A stretch of DNA of 64,000 nt from Chrysomallon squamiferum. Taxonomy: Eukaryota; Animalia; Mollusca. Shown here piece after piece: positions 41,082 to 56,573 of the stretch. Location: positions 5,146,001 through 5,210,000 of the forward strand of contig CM022670.1 in assembly GCA_012295275.1 (NCBI GenBank), read 5' to 3'. The notes below the pieces were generated by a model that saw only the letters and a list, made by a program, of their open reading frames with translations, had not been told where the DNA came from and did not search any database. Numbering within the stretch: position 1 is the stretch's first letter; each line of letters opens with the position of its first letter. The position numbers were made by a program, and so were the translations under genes.

Positions 41082-44000
41082 CTCTGTATGTCTTTGTTTA
41101 TCTGTCTTATATATCTGTATATATCTCTTTCTCCACCTGTTTTTCTTTGTCTCTGTTTCGCTCACAAAGGACAGAAGTGCAGCAGCTGACCCGTTCCCCT
41201 TGGAGATGTGACGACAAGATCCCAGCATGCGAGACTTCACAGAACTGTTTTGTTTACAACAGCTGTCCGAAGCGCACTGTCTTTGTGTTTGGAATAGCAG
41301 TATCCGTATTTAAGGACTTAGCGTTTTCTTTGTTTAGTCGTACAGTACTAATTATATAAAGAGTCCGATTACATATTACCAAGTACGGAAACCCAAACGT
41401 GCCATCCAGACCTCTTTGTTTTTCTGTTTTTCACTATGTTGCTTTTTTTCCCCTGCAAATCATGTGAACGAATATCTAAGTTTGAATATCTCCATATCCG
41501 TGAAATAAGAGGTAATAAATAAGTAATAATAATTTTATGTTACTGTGTTTAAATAAGAACACAAAATAAATAAATAAATATTTAAATAAATAAATAAATA
41601 TTAATCAAAACAATACGAGTTGGCAGATGCAGAACTTCACGTAAAAACCAGTATTTACCTTCACACGTTTTTCGAGATTGTTTGTAAAAATGTGTTTTAA
41701 AGTTTTGAGCTTTGGTTTGTTTTGGATTACTTATCAAATCATTTTATTTATAAAATATCTGTACTCTGTCACAGAAGTATTAAAAGTATACATTCTTGTT
41801 TATTTTGCTGAACTACGTAACAGTACGGGTTTTTTTTTTTTTTTCTGATATCTATACAGAATGGCAAAAGTATATTTCGTTGTTTATCTTTCTCGTTTAT
41901 TCTGTTTGTGTTGGATGTTTTTACAGTTTGATAATATCACTTTTCAAATCCTAAAATATATAGGTTTTGATTTCATTTTATTTCCTATATCAACATGGAA
42001 AATCTAAATGTTTTTATCATAAGTGTTCTTGTTTATTTTTTTATAAATCTTTTAACACATCTAAAAAGCCTCATTTAAACACCTCTGTTTTTTTTATTTT
42101 AATATATTCTTTGTATTCAGAAACACCTTAGAGGCTGAACCCAAGCATGTTTCAAGGACGCATTTAAATGTTTTTTTTTGTTTATTTGTACATACGTATG
42201 TATGAGTGTATATATGTATGTATGTATGTATGAATGTTTGTATGTACGTATGTATGAGTGTATGTATGTATGTACGTACGTACGGAGGTATGTATGTATC
42301 TAGAACTTAATTTTTTTTCAAAATGACAGTATATTTGTAAAGAAACAATAACTAAGCCAGCGAACAGAAAGACAATTATCAATGGATGGATAAAATAAAG
42401 GTCAAGGTCGTTTGTAAAATAATGTGACAGTTGAAACTGTGCACCACGTTCCTACCTGCTGTCTGCTTCAACCGTCTCCATTTACATTTATTGCTCTCTG
42501 TTTCAGGAAAAAAAAAAATATAAAAAAATAAAAATCTTTCTGTTTTCTTTTTTCTTTTTTACAAGCCAAAATAAATAATGTAGCGATTATTTATCATCAT
42601 CATCATCATCATCATTATCACCAGTTATTATTATTATTATTATTAATCATCATTTAAAGGGTGTTTACATTGAAACTCCTGTATTTTAGGTCACGGTTTA
42701 GAGTATGCGATTTCTGATCATTCTCATTTTAATGCTTTAAGAGTGTTATTTAAATGGAAAGTAATACGAAGTAATGTAATTTATTCTAAGCAATATCTGG
42801 TACCGAGAATAGATCCACCGACCCACCATCCGCAAGTCTGATAGCATAACCACCATAGCGTCACTGAAAATGTTTGTACGATACTGTTGTAACTGGTACA
42901 GAGTGGCTGACACATCTGTGTTAAACTTCGTCCGCCAAATCTTATCATAACTCACACAGACATGCTAAGCTGTCCACTGTTCATGTCCATCTCGCTGATG
43001 TTAGTCAAGTTTTGGCCTTGTTCTACATCAAAGTGAAAAAAAAAAAAAAAAAAAAAAAAAATTACGGACGAGTGACGTCACAACATATGCTGACCTATAT
43101 TACACTGCTTTAATTAACCGCCAAAACGCCGGTCGTTATTAGACCAGTTTTTGAAATGAGGTAAAGCCGGGCCTAATTATAAGTTGCAAACGTCTTGTAT
43201 CAGTCAACGATAAAAAGTGCCAGACGTGGATTTGACTCAAGCCGTTGCTAAATTTTCTTTTTTTCCATGTCAAACAACCCCCAGTGTTCATATTCCTGTG
43301 ACAGGAAGGTGTCTTGTTAGTTAGTGACAAGACTGTTATACAAGGTGCGCTATTACTTTTAAAATAAGCAACAACAACAAACTGAAACGAAATCTCTTCA
43401 TTTATCTGCATTACACAGGCAGCAGGATGTGGTTGATTAGAAAAGATAAAGGGAGTGTTTTAGGAGGTACTCTAGAAAGATGCGGGCACACAAGAGTTCG
43501 GGGAAACTTTTCATTCTCTATAAATATTATGAAGCAAGACGGTTTTTTTTTTTTTTTTAAATTGTTTCTACAGGAAACTGAATCAACTTAAATAAAAATA
43601 TATAAATAAATAAATAAATAAAATAACAAACCAAAGATATACATATATATATATATGTTTTTCGTCTCATATTTTAAGACTACAAGGGTTTTTTAACGTT
43701 TATTTGGGCTACGGTACTCGACATACCAAGTCAAAAGCAATGCACAAATACTCGTGTACTGACATTATCCTGTCTACTGCTATTAGGTTATAAAACAGCT
43801 GTTGTCTTTCACACGCGTAACACAGAAGAGGCAACCTGCTGTCGCAAATGAAAGAAGAAGTCCTCAATTAGAAGAAAGACATTTATGTTTTATTAATATA
43901 AGAAACATCTACACTGCTGGTGCATACATTTCAAGCAGGCGACTGACACAAAGCTGGGACGAAAACTTAATTTACTGGATGACTCGAGGTGGACTGATTC

Positions 44001-44406
44001 TCGGGATGGTGTGTAACTGCCCACTTCACCACTTTTGTCTATAACAGCCAAGGTAAAGCTGATAAAACGAGGTTTGTACTGAAACAGTGCACAGGTTTGC
44101 GGAAAACCAATCTGCCCCTGTCCAGTCACCTGGGATGAGCAGTTCCCGCTATCTCGCAGATTAATTTCTCGGATTGTGTATTTACGTGAATAATTTTCCT
44201 CCGTTAGCGTAATAAATGCAGGACAGCACGAGAAATTAGCCAGCCAACCGTGACTGCTGGCATGATTTCGTCCGCGTTCGTCGTTTTACAAAGTCATCAT
44301 TCAGTTTGCGCAATGTCGTACACTCGTGGCCTGACAGAGAGCGACCTTCCTGCTAAGTGTATTCAAATAAAGAGCGTATAACAGGACTAGTACGTTCGTA
44401 CGTATC

Positions 44407-44560
44407 TGTATGTATGTATGTATGTATGTATGTATGTATGTATGTATGTATGTATGTATGTATTTATGTTTGTATGTATGTATATATGTATGTATGTATG
44501 TAGTATGTATGTATGTATGTATGTATGTATGTATGTATGTATGTATGTATGTATGTATGT
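44407..44560. repeat. (TATG)n microsatellite
   Basis: Direct inspection. Confidence 0.95.
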
Positions 44561-45399
44561 TTGTACATATGTGTGTATATAAATTTACGTTGTTGTTTTT
44601 TGTCTCTGTAATGTTTATGTACATGTATCTGTCTATGAAAATTCTCTCTTGCTTTCTGATGCAAGTGTCTCTGTCATTTATGTAGTTGTATTCATGTAAA
44701 TTTGTACGTATATGAGTTTGCATGTATGTGTGTTTGTGTGTGGTACTCGAACCTAAACGATTACGTGATCACTGGCAGATAGGTAACAGACACACGACTG
44801 TATTTGCCAGTTCTTCAATGGACAAGTCATTATTCTCACTGTATCGAGTGTCTTCAAAAGAGCCACGTCACAGGCTTATCTTGTCTTGTTATTCATAAAA
44901 AAAATATCAATCTCGTCAACGGTTGAGTACATTTACCAGTCTGAGATTGTATCTTGTAAGTTATATCCAGTGTCGTGTGCTTAATAAAGTAGTATACATG
45001 GACCTATTTGTTTAAAAAAAAAACAAAAAAAACAGTCTCCAGACTTGGATAATATTTGCCCTATATTTAACAGATGAAATGGTCGACTAACCGAATGCGA
45101 TAATTTATTGTTTCTGAAGACATGTATGTCATCATTTATATTTCTGGAGACACGCTCATCACGTTTGTCACGTGACATATAACCAACTCATTCCAAGCTG
45201 GATGAACAAAGTTAACTGTTTCATTCTGTTACAATTATGTCGCAGATCTACATTATTATAACAGTGTAAACTATAAAAAAAGACAGTAGTAATAACTCAG
45301 TGTTATAAACGAGCCTTACAGACAGACAGTGTTTAAGTCTTTTATAACTCATAGGTCTACATGACCGCAGCACTTGAACCCGCGTACTGTGACATGTCA

Positions 45400-45715
45400 G
45401 TGCTTATAAATGCTCGCCTGAGACACGACGAGCCCCGATATCGATCCTTCTAGGTGCGTCCCATTGTATTAGTGCACTTCCAGGTGAATCGTCAAAAGTA
45501 TTTGTGGTGTTATGTTTTCCCGTGTTTGGGCAGGTATATATCAACGATCCCTTCTTGCTAATCGATAAGATAAACCATATGTCAACCTCAGGTCTTCTTT
45601 TTCATGTACACCGTGATGTAAAATCAATATGATTGATAGTATCTTCTGATACTAGATAAATTTTGACTGAACTCTAATAGAAAAACGTCGAGACACCGTT
45701 AACAAAAATTTCTAT
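45400..45715 (+). mobile_element. Decayed copy of the same SINE-like family
   Basis: B-box-like GATATCGATCC, then GTTTGGGCAGGTATATATCAACGATCCCTTCTTGCTAATCGATAAG, collinear with the 2165 and 49062 copies. Confidence 0.5.
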
Positions 45716-46232
45716 TTTTTCAGTTTATTTTTTTATTATTATTATTATTTTTTTTGTAATCTAGACTGCCTTAATACTGTAGATTTCTGTATCTGTCCTC
45801 GTTAATAAAAACACTGATTAAATCATGACTAATTTCTGGATACGTTTTCTGCATGACTTCCTAAGAACAGCCCCCGGTCTTCTGCAAAATAGTAGCGATT
45901 ACTGAGTTGTGCAGAGCCGTACGTAATGGCATAGATTATTATTTTTGATTAGCTGTGCAAGTTAAATGAATTTACAATTTATCCTGATTAAAATAACAGA
46001 AAATATGTTAATGACACTTCACTTATGACAAGGTCTGAGTATCACACTGTGTATAGTTACTAGCTATAATTATGAATATAATAATAATAATAATAACAAT
46101 AATAATAATAATTATTATTATTATAGCAAGGGTTAAAGTCTTTGAAATTGTAACAGAGATATGTGAGATATAATTCGTTTAATATATCAGTGATTATTAG
46201 GTATACTATATATATATATATATAGGTCCGAA

Positions 46233-46239
46233 TATACAT

Positions 46240-46332
<93 letters not shown>
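46233..46332. repeat. (AG)n microsatellite
   Basis: Direct inspection. Confidence 0.97.
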
Positions 46333-46334
<2 letters not shown>

Positions 46335-47468
46335 TGTATGTAAATATATACGCTGTATATTGGTTAATATTTTTATATAATGTTATCTAATTTCTCATAT
46401 ATATTCTGTATGTAATATATCACATTTGATGTTAACGCTTCAGAGAGATTGATAACTTACTCACGTTGAAGAAAATCGATATAACGGTGATATATATACA
46501 TAGCTCAAGGTAATTTCTAAAACATTTAATTGTACACAAACGATTAAAGTTCATGGTTTTATTGTTGTAACTATAACCCTATATAGACAATAAAAATATT
46601 TACTACGTAGTCAATGCCTTAGATATAAACGTAAATTTAAATTTTATAATCTAGATGTATAAATGTAAAGAAGTAGAAAAAAAATTAATTAAAAATTCCT
46701 TTTATTGTTAAGAGTTAACTAAAACTGATTTTATAATACTATGCAATATGTGGACTACGATTTTTATTGCACTTATTTTATCAGAATGTAAAGAGTTTTT
46801 TATTGTGTCAGAACGTTTTTTTTATTATTATTTGAGTGTGCGAAGTCTTCTGCCTAGAGTGTGTCTGTTCAGAAATACTCACAGCATTCAGCATAACCCA
46901 AGTTCATTGTCAGGATTCCATTTGAAGTTTTAAACATTAATTTTATGTCGGCCTCCTGGTGAATAGATCTTTCTATCTGCGTCTGGCTATTTTAATATGG
47001 CAGTCAGTTTTCTAGTCCAGCGAAGCAGAAAATCCTAACGCAAACTGAAACTTCATACTTTTGTTCGCATGTTCAGGATAATGTCCGCGTTTTAAGATGG
47101 CCCCAAAATTAGTAGTGCATGTGGATAGTGGTTGAACGGGACCATGACTAAGTTACATTGAAAGAGAAATAACTTTTTTTTTTTTTTTTTTTTTTTTTAA
47201 ATGTAACTGTAACTGGATCTCAAAATGTCAAATAAGCGTAAATGATCCACCAGCATGATGTACTATTTTAAAACACAAATTTCTAGCCTGGGAAGATATT
47301 TTGAAATTGATTCTGAAAATAACAAAACCCGGATTTTCTGACTCAGGTCCAGGTTTTAGCGGACATGGCGCGCTACACCCCCCCCCCACCCCCGTCAGCC
47401 GAGAGCGTTGACTCATCTTAAAGAAAATGAAAATAATAACTACAAAATAATCTTAAAATAAAATGAAG

Positions 47469-47505
<37 letters not shown>

Positions 47506-49061
47506 GGTTGGTACACTAAAATGTATCAAGTATTAAGAGTTGGAGGAAGAGTTTACGTGAAGATGTATGAAATATCAAATGAAATCATCAGAGTATAATG
47601 TGAAAAACGTAAGAGGATTTAAGTAAAATTACATATATCAAATGTAAGAAGAAATGAACAAAAGGGTAAAAGGTACGTTACGCTAAAATATATATAAATA
47701 TATATATAAAATACTGAACGGAATAATTCAAAAAATGTAACAATAAACCTCTGTCAGTGAGTTTGATTTATCATTCTAACATACTGCTGTTATTTATGTT
47801 GGATGAAATAACTAACTATAAGCTATCAAAACCGTTTTGATTTATCGTACACTTCTTTTACATATTAAACTCTTACATCTGCCTTAATAAACAAAAGCAT
47901 GTTCATTACAGACAACAGCGTCAACGCAAACTGAAGCAAAACTCGGCTTTGTCTGTTCAGTTTGCCGCGGAACGATATACGCTAAAATACGGGAGCGAAA
48001 AAAAAACGTGAGAAAAGATCGGCCTAGTTTAAATGCCGAATTGCTCGACTGTCGTTTGATGCGTCTGACCAAGTGATATCTCTGTCCATTTAACCGCCAT
48101 GTCTTTGAACCTTGGCTATCTGGATAAAGAGGAACCTCGTTTGGTCACTTGATAGAGTGGGTGGTCAGTTTGCTGGTAGGTCTAATCTAGATAGTTAGGT
48201 ATGGATCACGATTTCTCGACAGTTTGACACACACACACACTCAAACTAAACAAGTAAGTGTTAAATCGAAAGTGGTTTATGACAGAAGAACAAGACAAAA
48301 GTAGTTTTAATCTTAATGGTAAGAAGAGCAGGGAAAAACAAAACAAAAAAACCCAGACTATTAGGTGAATAATTATACGGAAAGCATTGTTATTTACCTA
48401 TGACAATAAAAGAAGAAAAACGAAAGGGTAATAAAAACGAAACAAAACAGGTTTTTTTTGACGATAAACTGATAATCCAGTGTATACTATATCAGTGTAA
48501 TTGAAAAAGAAAAGAAATGAAAAAGTACGAATGTAAAAATACGCTGAAAACTGTTCGTACTATGTTAAAAAAGAAAGAAAAGTTAAGTAAAACGTGATTT
48601 AATAATGTATATATATATATATATTTACACAGACACACACACACTCTAAGAAATAATGATTTTGAAAAACAAGAAAAAAAAATGAATAGGCCTATATAAA
48701 GCCTACACAAATGTATCACATTTTTTAAATAAACAAAGAGTGATGATTTTGAATTGAAAATCATAAAACAAACATACAAAAAAAAATAAATAAATAAATA
48801 AATAGAAAGAAAAAACAAGAAAACAAAAAAAATATAAATCACAAAAAAACATCACCAGAAAACCTTTTTGATCAGTTATAAAAAGAGAAATATCTAAATA
48901 TATTAAGGCGGTATGAATTTTTGTCAATAGACATATATAATTTCGAATCGAAAACCTTAAAAAAGTGTTTTATTTAACAGATTATTTATAATGCAGTTTT
49001 GTAGCGTCATGAATCTCATTATGGACCACACAGTTAGAGAGAAAGAGAAAGAGAAAAAAAA

Positions 49062-49230
49062 AAAAACCAGCTATGTTGTGAGTTGCTACTTTGTTTTGAT
49101 AAGCAACAAAGGATCATGTATGTATACGTGTATTCACATAGTAAAGACAACACATAGCACGACCTGTGATAGGTAATAATGGGACACTGATTGGGACGGG
49201 AAATAGCGAAGAGTAGGATTGATCCTACAC
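49062..49230 (-). mobile_element. Decayed copy of the same SINE-like family
   Basis: The reverse complement shares the exact 14-mer GTAGGATCAATCCT with the 58524 copy, followed by CTATTTCCCGTCCCAATC and GATCCTTTGTTGCTTATC. Confidence 0.6.
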
Positions 49231-50044
49231 TTTCTTCTTACTCTAACTGTCTGTCCCATCTGTATTTGAAACTGAGGTTGTTGTTTTTTCCTTGATCCTG
49301 ACTATAATACACAAACACCCTTGTATACTTGAAAATGCTGCAACTTGTATATATATATATATATCTAAATATATGCAATCGTAAATATAAACGCAAGCAA
49401 CCATTGACCTTTCTGTCCGTCACAGTAATCCGCCAGAAGTAAAACTGTTTTGACCCGTTGACACGAATCATTTATCAAACCTATATATATATATTTTTTT
49501 AAATCCCCACCGGTTCCCACGAAATTGTTTGTCAACAAGCAGATCAATATTGCAGGTGTCATTAAGACGAACTGAAGTAAAAATACACAAACCCCCAAAC
49601 CTTCATAGACGGAAGCCTACTCCTAGGTACGAGAAACTACGTGAGGCCGAGGCATTGAGAGTCATCGAGTTTGCTTGTTTTGTCTGTAAAGCAGGTGTCC
49701 GGCACGCCGTAATACCTTCTTTATTGGGAGAAGCAAACGAACAAATGCGTCCTGTTGGTCTGTCTGAACAGGGTCAATGAATGTTTGATATGCAGGCTCA
49801 TAAACATGGACGAGGATACAAAGCAGTGAATGAGTGTCCGAGGGGTCGTCTTAACGCTCAAGTTGCCCCCAAAGGCCAATTTGTCCACTCAAATCACCCC
49901 TTGAGTCTTAAATCATGTATCCTGAGCAGTGAGATGGATATTTCTGACATCAACAAACCCATCCGGACAATAGAGAGAACATACTGCGTTACAAAACAAA
50001 AGTGAAAATGTTAGTATATCAGATTAAAGAACATGCTACGCTAC

Positions 50045-50345
50045 GAATGAAACTGTTCGTGAGATTTATATGAGGTTACAGTGTACAAGTGAAAGCGGTT
50101 CTGATTTATAGCAGGTTAAGGAACACACCACACTCACAAAACTGATAAAGTAAGATTTATACGAGTTTGAAATTCACTGTATGCTACAAATATATAAAAC
50201 TGGAAATATTTGTCAAAAAACAAAATACGGTACAGAAGAAAATTGAAACTGTTACAAACATATTTGCGACGTTAAAGAAGACTCTGCCCTAAACTATACT
50301 TCTTATGTTACAAGATTTGTACGAGGTTAGAGAACTGTGTAGAAG
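50045..50345. repeat. Degenerate ~45-55-bp tandem repeat (AAACTG...GATTTATACGAGGTTA)
   Basis: A GATTT(A/G)TA(C/T)GAGGTT-like core recurs near 50063, 50103, 50154, 50261 and 50314. Confidence 0.55.
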
Positions 50346-50615
50346 ACACTGTGGTACCAATTTTGACAACTTAAATAAAAATATGTGTATGTTGCTGTTT
50401 TGTTAAACAAGCACTCTTTCATTTATTACAACAAGACATAATTACAATAAACTTCTATATATCGTATGTACCTATGTATGTGTGTATGTATGTATGTATG
50501 TATGTATGTATGTATGTATGTATGTATATGAATTAATTATGCATAATTCTTTGCGAGAGCCAAAGTGCACAACTTCACATTGTTCCTAAAAGTCGTGTTT
50601 CTTATTTCATTTCAG

Positions 50616-50775
50616 ACGACGAAGAAAAAGCTCTACCGATTCTCTCTGCTGCTGGACGATTTGTCGCGCACAGAAAATGTCGCGTACAAAACCATCCTCC
50701 TCGAGTTCATCAACTGTCTGATCATTTACACCAAGAAAACAGAGGACAGGATTCGCATTCGCAATGAATTTTACG
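50616..50775 (+). CDS. INF2: Inverted formin coding exon 3 (FH3/DID: TTKKKLYRFSLLLDDL...FINCLII...RIRIRNEFY)
   Basis: Acceptor cttatttcatttcag; donor G|gtaaga; 160 nt; phase 0 to 1. Has the YRF, FIN and R...RNEF FH3 motifs; overlaps track ORF 50565..50792. Confidence 0.96.
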
Positions 50776-52130
50776 GTAAGAACTATTTATAATTATTATT
50801 AATCATTCTTATTTTAAGATATTTTAGTATATAGCAGTTGTTTTTGCATCACAGCCCTATGCTTTGTAATAGTGCCAAAAATTCATACTTTGGAATTCTT
50901 TAACGTTTAGCTACGCAGTTAGATGTGGAAGAGTTTCTACGCATGATCTCAGTTTGTAGCTTCCTGTAACACGCTTGTTCCGGACAACAACGGCGTCAGT
51001 TTTTATTTCTAATCGAGTAATGGTTTGTTCATCCGACCAGCCACAACATACAACCTGCTGGTGTAGACTGACGTAAAGAACTGACCGTAGCGTTGTGCAC
51101 CGCCACCTATACCGGCGTTAAAATTATTCCCCTCGACTGCATTTCAAATTATTGCTACTCTGATGGAATCGCTATGCAAAATAAACTATAAAATGGCCGT
51201 ATAATTTAGAATCCCATTGAAGTATTTGAAATAAAAGTTGATATTATAAAAAGAGAGGTGCAATAATAACATTTCCATTTAAATAATTAAACCAACATAA
51301 CAGTGTAAGAAATACGAACTAATGTACATGTGAAAAACAAAATCTTTATAGAGCTAAGTATGGTATAGTACGGTAAAACATAAAAATGTAATAAAAAAAC
51401 GTATCACTGAGCTGTTTTAAAATATATGTAACAATCTGATATGTACTTTAAGGTATTAAGGAAACACGTAGGAACTGATACATCTGTTTTATCAGTAAGA
51501 CATTGTAAATGTATTTAATACGAAATTTAATAAGGAAATGCAATACTGTAGATAAATACAACAAGGCAAGATGATCATGTCGTAGCAAGGCATGACAAAT
51601 TTAGATTAGTTCCCAGCGCTCACACTTTGAAACCAACGCTAATCTGATCCAGCTTGTTAATACCTGAAAAAACAGACACCTTTAAAAAAAAAGACGCGTC
51701 GTATCTCAGTTTATTGCAGCTGTGGTAGAGAATGCGTTGTAATGTCGTTGCTTTGCCAACATAAATTTTCAAATGTTGACCAAAGTAAATGAAAACTGCG
51801 CTTGGATGTGGATGTGTTTTCGAAGCATTGACACCAAAATGTGATAAATAAACATGCAAATCCGATCCGTTCTTGTAAATTGTAGGTTTCAACAATGAAG
51901 TCCGTTCTGGTCATCTTGCCCATGTTTGTTTGGCCACAAAGAAGTGTTAAGGGCGCCTGTTGACACAAGCGTTCAGCGTATGTCCACTTCATATGACGTG
52001 TTTGGAAATCGGCCTTGCAAGCTTTTCCTTCGTGAAGCGAACACGACGAAAGTACAAGGCGTCGACAGTTGCAAAGATTCTGACACTGGTGTCAAAAAAT
52101 AAATGACTAAGCTTTCTTTCTTTTACTCCG

Positions 52131-52177
52131 CGTCTATGTTTTATGTTTTTCTCTCTCTCGTCTATGTTTTATGTTTC

Positions 52178-52239
<62 letters not shown>
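52131..52239. repeat. Short direct duplication (CGTCTATGTTTTATGTTT x2) followed by (CT)n
   Basis: Direct inspection. Confidence 0.9.
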
Positions 52240-52242
<3 letters not shown>

Positions 52243-54941
52243 AGAATAATTAAAATGTTTATCAGTTTTAAGTCACTACTACATCACTGAATATCTGTTA
52301 AATTGTACATTCTGTATTATTCTAATAGCCTACAGTACGGTTGGATAAATGTTACTTATACATTTTGTTTTTTAAAGTTACATAGATAAATATCTATTTA
52401 ATGATTCATATAGATGATGGTATCGTAAAAACGACATATTACACACATATAACAGAGGAAACACTTTATGTCCAAAGAGTTCAGCTTATTAGTTTTTCTA
52501 ATACATTAAATTAATGTAATTCAGCTCAGCTCAGAGCAGCAAATATTTAGAACTCGAGGTATAAAAAAAAAGTGCAGCTATATAAATATTTAAAACTTAA
52601 CAAGGACAATGACTTCGTTTAAAATTCAAATGGTCATTCACGGTCGATGTCGGTTCTTGACATTTATTTGCAGATCTGTGTAAAGTGCTATCACTGAGGC
52701 CAGTCGACTCGTTTAGAATAAAGTCAATTTATTCCAGGTTACGGGTTGTTTTAACAGAACCACCAGAGCAAATAACGTCGCTAATTACTGCGTGTTCACG
52801 TCATGACCTTTTCTTCAGGGCGTTACATTAGACTGATGGTCTGCAAACACGTCTTCAGCTTAAACGTTTCAGTTTGTTCGTGCTCTGCTGTTCTGCTATA
52901 CGTATGTGTGTGTGGATGCATTGCTTCTTCTTCGTAAATTATTTACATTTATTTTTTATTGTTTTTATTTTTTTAATTCATTTACTTATTATTATTATAT
53001 CTCACTTTCAGCGTTCTGCTTACAGTTGCACACTAGTAGCATTAACGTTTTAGAAAACATATTTTTTTGTTCTATTGTCCCACGAAAATGCTAACAGCAG
53101 TTGCGGTTGTTTTTAATAACATCTTTTTTTCTGGTATTAAGGCCCGAAGAATTTATGTAATTCACTTTTGTTATTATTATTTTTTTTTTTTACAGTTTCA
53201 ATAAAAATACCTGCCAAAATTATTTTTTAAATGCTAATAGCAGTGTGACACTGTTTGAACAACTTTTTCTTTTGCTATTGCAGTGAATATAATTAGATAC
53301 AGTTATTTAACTTATACGTTTTGGGTGGTTTCTTTTTTTTTCCCTTTAATTTTAATGTTCTGCTGTTGCATTTAAACTGCACAATAGGAGCCTAGTTATC
53401 TTAACTTGTATTTTCCACCCGGCTTAAATATTTGAAACTGCTGTTACGCAAAACGCAGCACTACTGTTCATTTGATGTTAGAGCATAGGGAGAAGTTTAA
53501 GTGTTTTCAAATCGGAACAAGACGGAAGATTTAAAATCAATGCATGGTTTAACTATCAAACAGTGATTTCCCTTCGCAAACAGCTATTTATTTTCGCTGG
53601 CTTAACATACGTTGCATTTAATTTGATCTACTGTTGTGCAAGCTTTCTATTTTTTTTTTTTTTTTTAAACTGATTTACATTTCTCCAATTCTTTTCCCCA
53701 TCGAAATAAAGAAATATTTCGTAAAGTTGACTCAGAATTATATCAAGAAAACAACACACTTGAATACGCAGCTTAATGCGATTTGTACTTCCTCACATGT
53801 TAATTCTAATTCAGATCTGTTTTATCTTGTCGGGTTAAAGAACGCCCGTTATGGGAGCGGTCTGTGGTTGCTAATACGCTGATAAATAGTCGAGAAGACA
53901 CCTCACGTGACTATAACAATGATTTAAAGTTGTATTTCATTTTAAACGAATATGGAACATCCGAACCACACCTATGATATTGTATTATAGTACACATGTA
54001 TATTTTCAACTGATATTATGTTTATAACATTATTATAAAAATCGTGTTTTCTCATATTATGTAAAGTGATGGCAACCCTAAATAAACACAATTTAAACAT
54101 AGTGACATCATCACTTCATGAGGCACTGTTATGATTCATAACATTGCATTGTGGACATCTGACCTTACTATTATTTATCAACGAGAAAACAAAGAACAAA
54201 ATATTTTTCATTGTTAAAATGATGTCTTCGCTTTATGAAACAGTATTAATAAATGTTAACATTATAAACTGCAGCATGAACCTGAACTTAAATATATGTT
54301 AGAAGGGAAAATAAAATCGAAAGAAAAATTATAAACTTTATTTACTGTTATGGGGATATAGTCTCCTATATATATATCCTTTTTATTCTGCATGTTTTCT
54401 TTATCTGTCCAGTGTCAGATTCTTGGTTATTTCGTGACTGGTTAAGTTTTCAAAACATCTCATTTGATGCACGTTTTCATGTCCACTCAGCCGCTAAGCT
54501 TTTTTTAAATCAAAATTGTCCTGGCAATAATTGAATCGCGGTGTGGTTTCTAAGAAACCAAACTTTTCGCTAATAATTTAGTAATCCCCAACAGACACAA
54601 GCAGAGTTTCGCTCCGCTGGTTAAGGAAAACTGTGTTTATTTTAGATGATTGTGTTCAATCGAACACAAAATGATTCCTTCAGAGTTTTCCACTGTGGAT
54701 AGGCGGGACGGTAAGTGAAGAAGAGCACAAAGGTTTATGAATCATACACGATTCAAGAGATACTTTGCATTGACGTTAATTTTGACTGACATCACAATCA
54801 CAAAGCGACTTAGTGTTCACGTATCTCTCTCTCTCTCTGAGGTAAACGCTTGATTCGACAGTTCACCTTTAGATGATATATTTGAAGAATATCACTCATA
54901 GTAACAGTAACAACAACAACAACAACAACAACACAACAAAA

Positions 54942-54997
<56 letters not shown>

Positions 54998-55436
54998 TCA
55001 TGATTAATGATTATGATGATGATAATCAGAAGAAGAAAATATGGTGTAGCAATAGTAAAGGATGAAATAAACGTCAAATAAAACAGTTATATTATCTGAT
55101 CATGTTGTGAATAGTTATGACGTTGATGATCATAAGAATCACTGTAGTGACCGTTATGACTATCTTTTTCCATTTATTAGAATTACTGTTCATCAGAATA
55201 TAGATATTAACACTATTTTCATTTATTTATTTATTTATTCTAAGTTATAAGGGATTACTATTATTATTACTATTATGATTACTGTTATTTTTATTGTTTT
55301 TTTTGATGTTGTTGTTTTTGTTGATACTGTTGTTGTTTGTGTGTTGTTATTTGCTTTGTTTGTTTCTTTTCTTTTACCTTTCACTTTTCATTCGTACCTG
55401 TTCAGAACTGTCCTAACTCTGTGCTTTCTCTTTCAG

Positions 55437-55470
55437 GTTTGAAACTGCAGGAAGTTCTCAACAAACTGAA
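55437..55470 (+). CDS. INF2: Inverted formin coding exon 4, 34-nt small exon (GLKLQEVLNKLK)
   Basis: Acceptor ctttctctttcag; donor AA|gtaagt; phase 1 to 2 exactly bridges exons 3 and 5. Peptide resembles INF2 GLQLLDVLARLR. Confidence 0.92.
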
Positions 55471-55579
55471 GTAAGTACAATTCTTGTATTCCTTTCTTAT
55501 GTTCAGATATGTACACCAGACAAGTGAATTTATTCTCCAAATTAACGTTTTCAATTTTTCTTAATTTCTAAAAATCTGT

Positions 55580-55630
55580 ATTATTTATTTATTTATTTAT
55601 TATTATTATTACTATTATTACTATTATTAC

Positions 55631-55696
<66 letters not shown>

Positions 55697-55740
55697 TTAA
55701 ATTTATTTTTATTTATATTTATTTATTTATTATTATTTTT
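55580..55740. repeat. (ATTT)n/(ATT)n microsatellite in intron 4
   Basis: Direct inspection. Confidence 0.93.
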
Positions 55741-56134
55741 GGGGCATTTTCTTACTGTTTATTTTCAATGTGTTGTACGTTTTTTATTTCACTGATTCTT
55801 TTACTGTTATTTTATTACAGTCTGTAATAAATTTATTGTCGTTGTACTGCGTGACCAGTGTTTTAGTCCTACTCCACTTCTTTGTTATTGTTTGTTTTTG
55901 TTTTTTGGTGGGTTTTTTTTTAGGGAGTTTAAATGTTTTTTTGGCAAGAGTTTAGCATAAAGCAGATATAAAGTTTCTTTCCTAAAATTTTTATTTTTTC
56001 ATTTGCGGTAGGTTTATGCTAAATGTTAGTTTATATTTTTATTATTATTTTCACTATATATATATATATTATATAGATTATATGCTTTATTTATTTTTTT
56101 ATTTTTTTATTTTTTATTCTGACATAATGGAGTA

Positions 56135-56165
<31 letters not shown>

Positions 56166-56573
56166 GTATGTAATAAACGTTTATGTTGAATTCAGTAAAG
56201 AGTTTCGTTATAATTTCTATTTTTTTTTGTACTGATAGTATGTCAGCGTATATGAATAGCTATATTAAAACACAAATTCTACTGTATTACAAATAATACA
56301 CTAACAATCGACATATCTGTCTGAGGGGCATCTCTGTTGTGTGTACATACCTACCTAGTTACATCACACCCTGACCAGTGTTTCTTTTATAATACTGATT
56401 TACAATTATTATTACCAAATTGACCATAGTCTAACCATTCGTCTGAAAGGCGTTAATTATTTGTCGTTTTAATTTGTTACTCTTAAGACTGGTTTGCTAT
56501 TGTAATGTATCTCTGTATGTAGTGAGACTGTTGTTTTAACTGGGTACTTTGAACAGTGATGTGATTGTTTCAG

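Noticed and set aside
47070-47412. C-rich tract and CCGG/GTCC motifs resembling the end of a non-autonomous DNA transposon
   Set aside because: Single, degenerate copy with undefined boundaries; cannot be supported without a repeat-library search.
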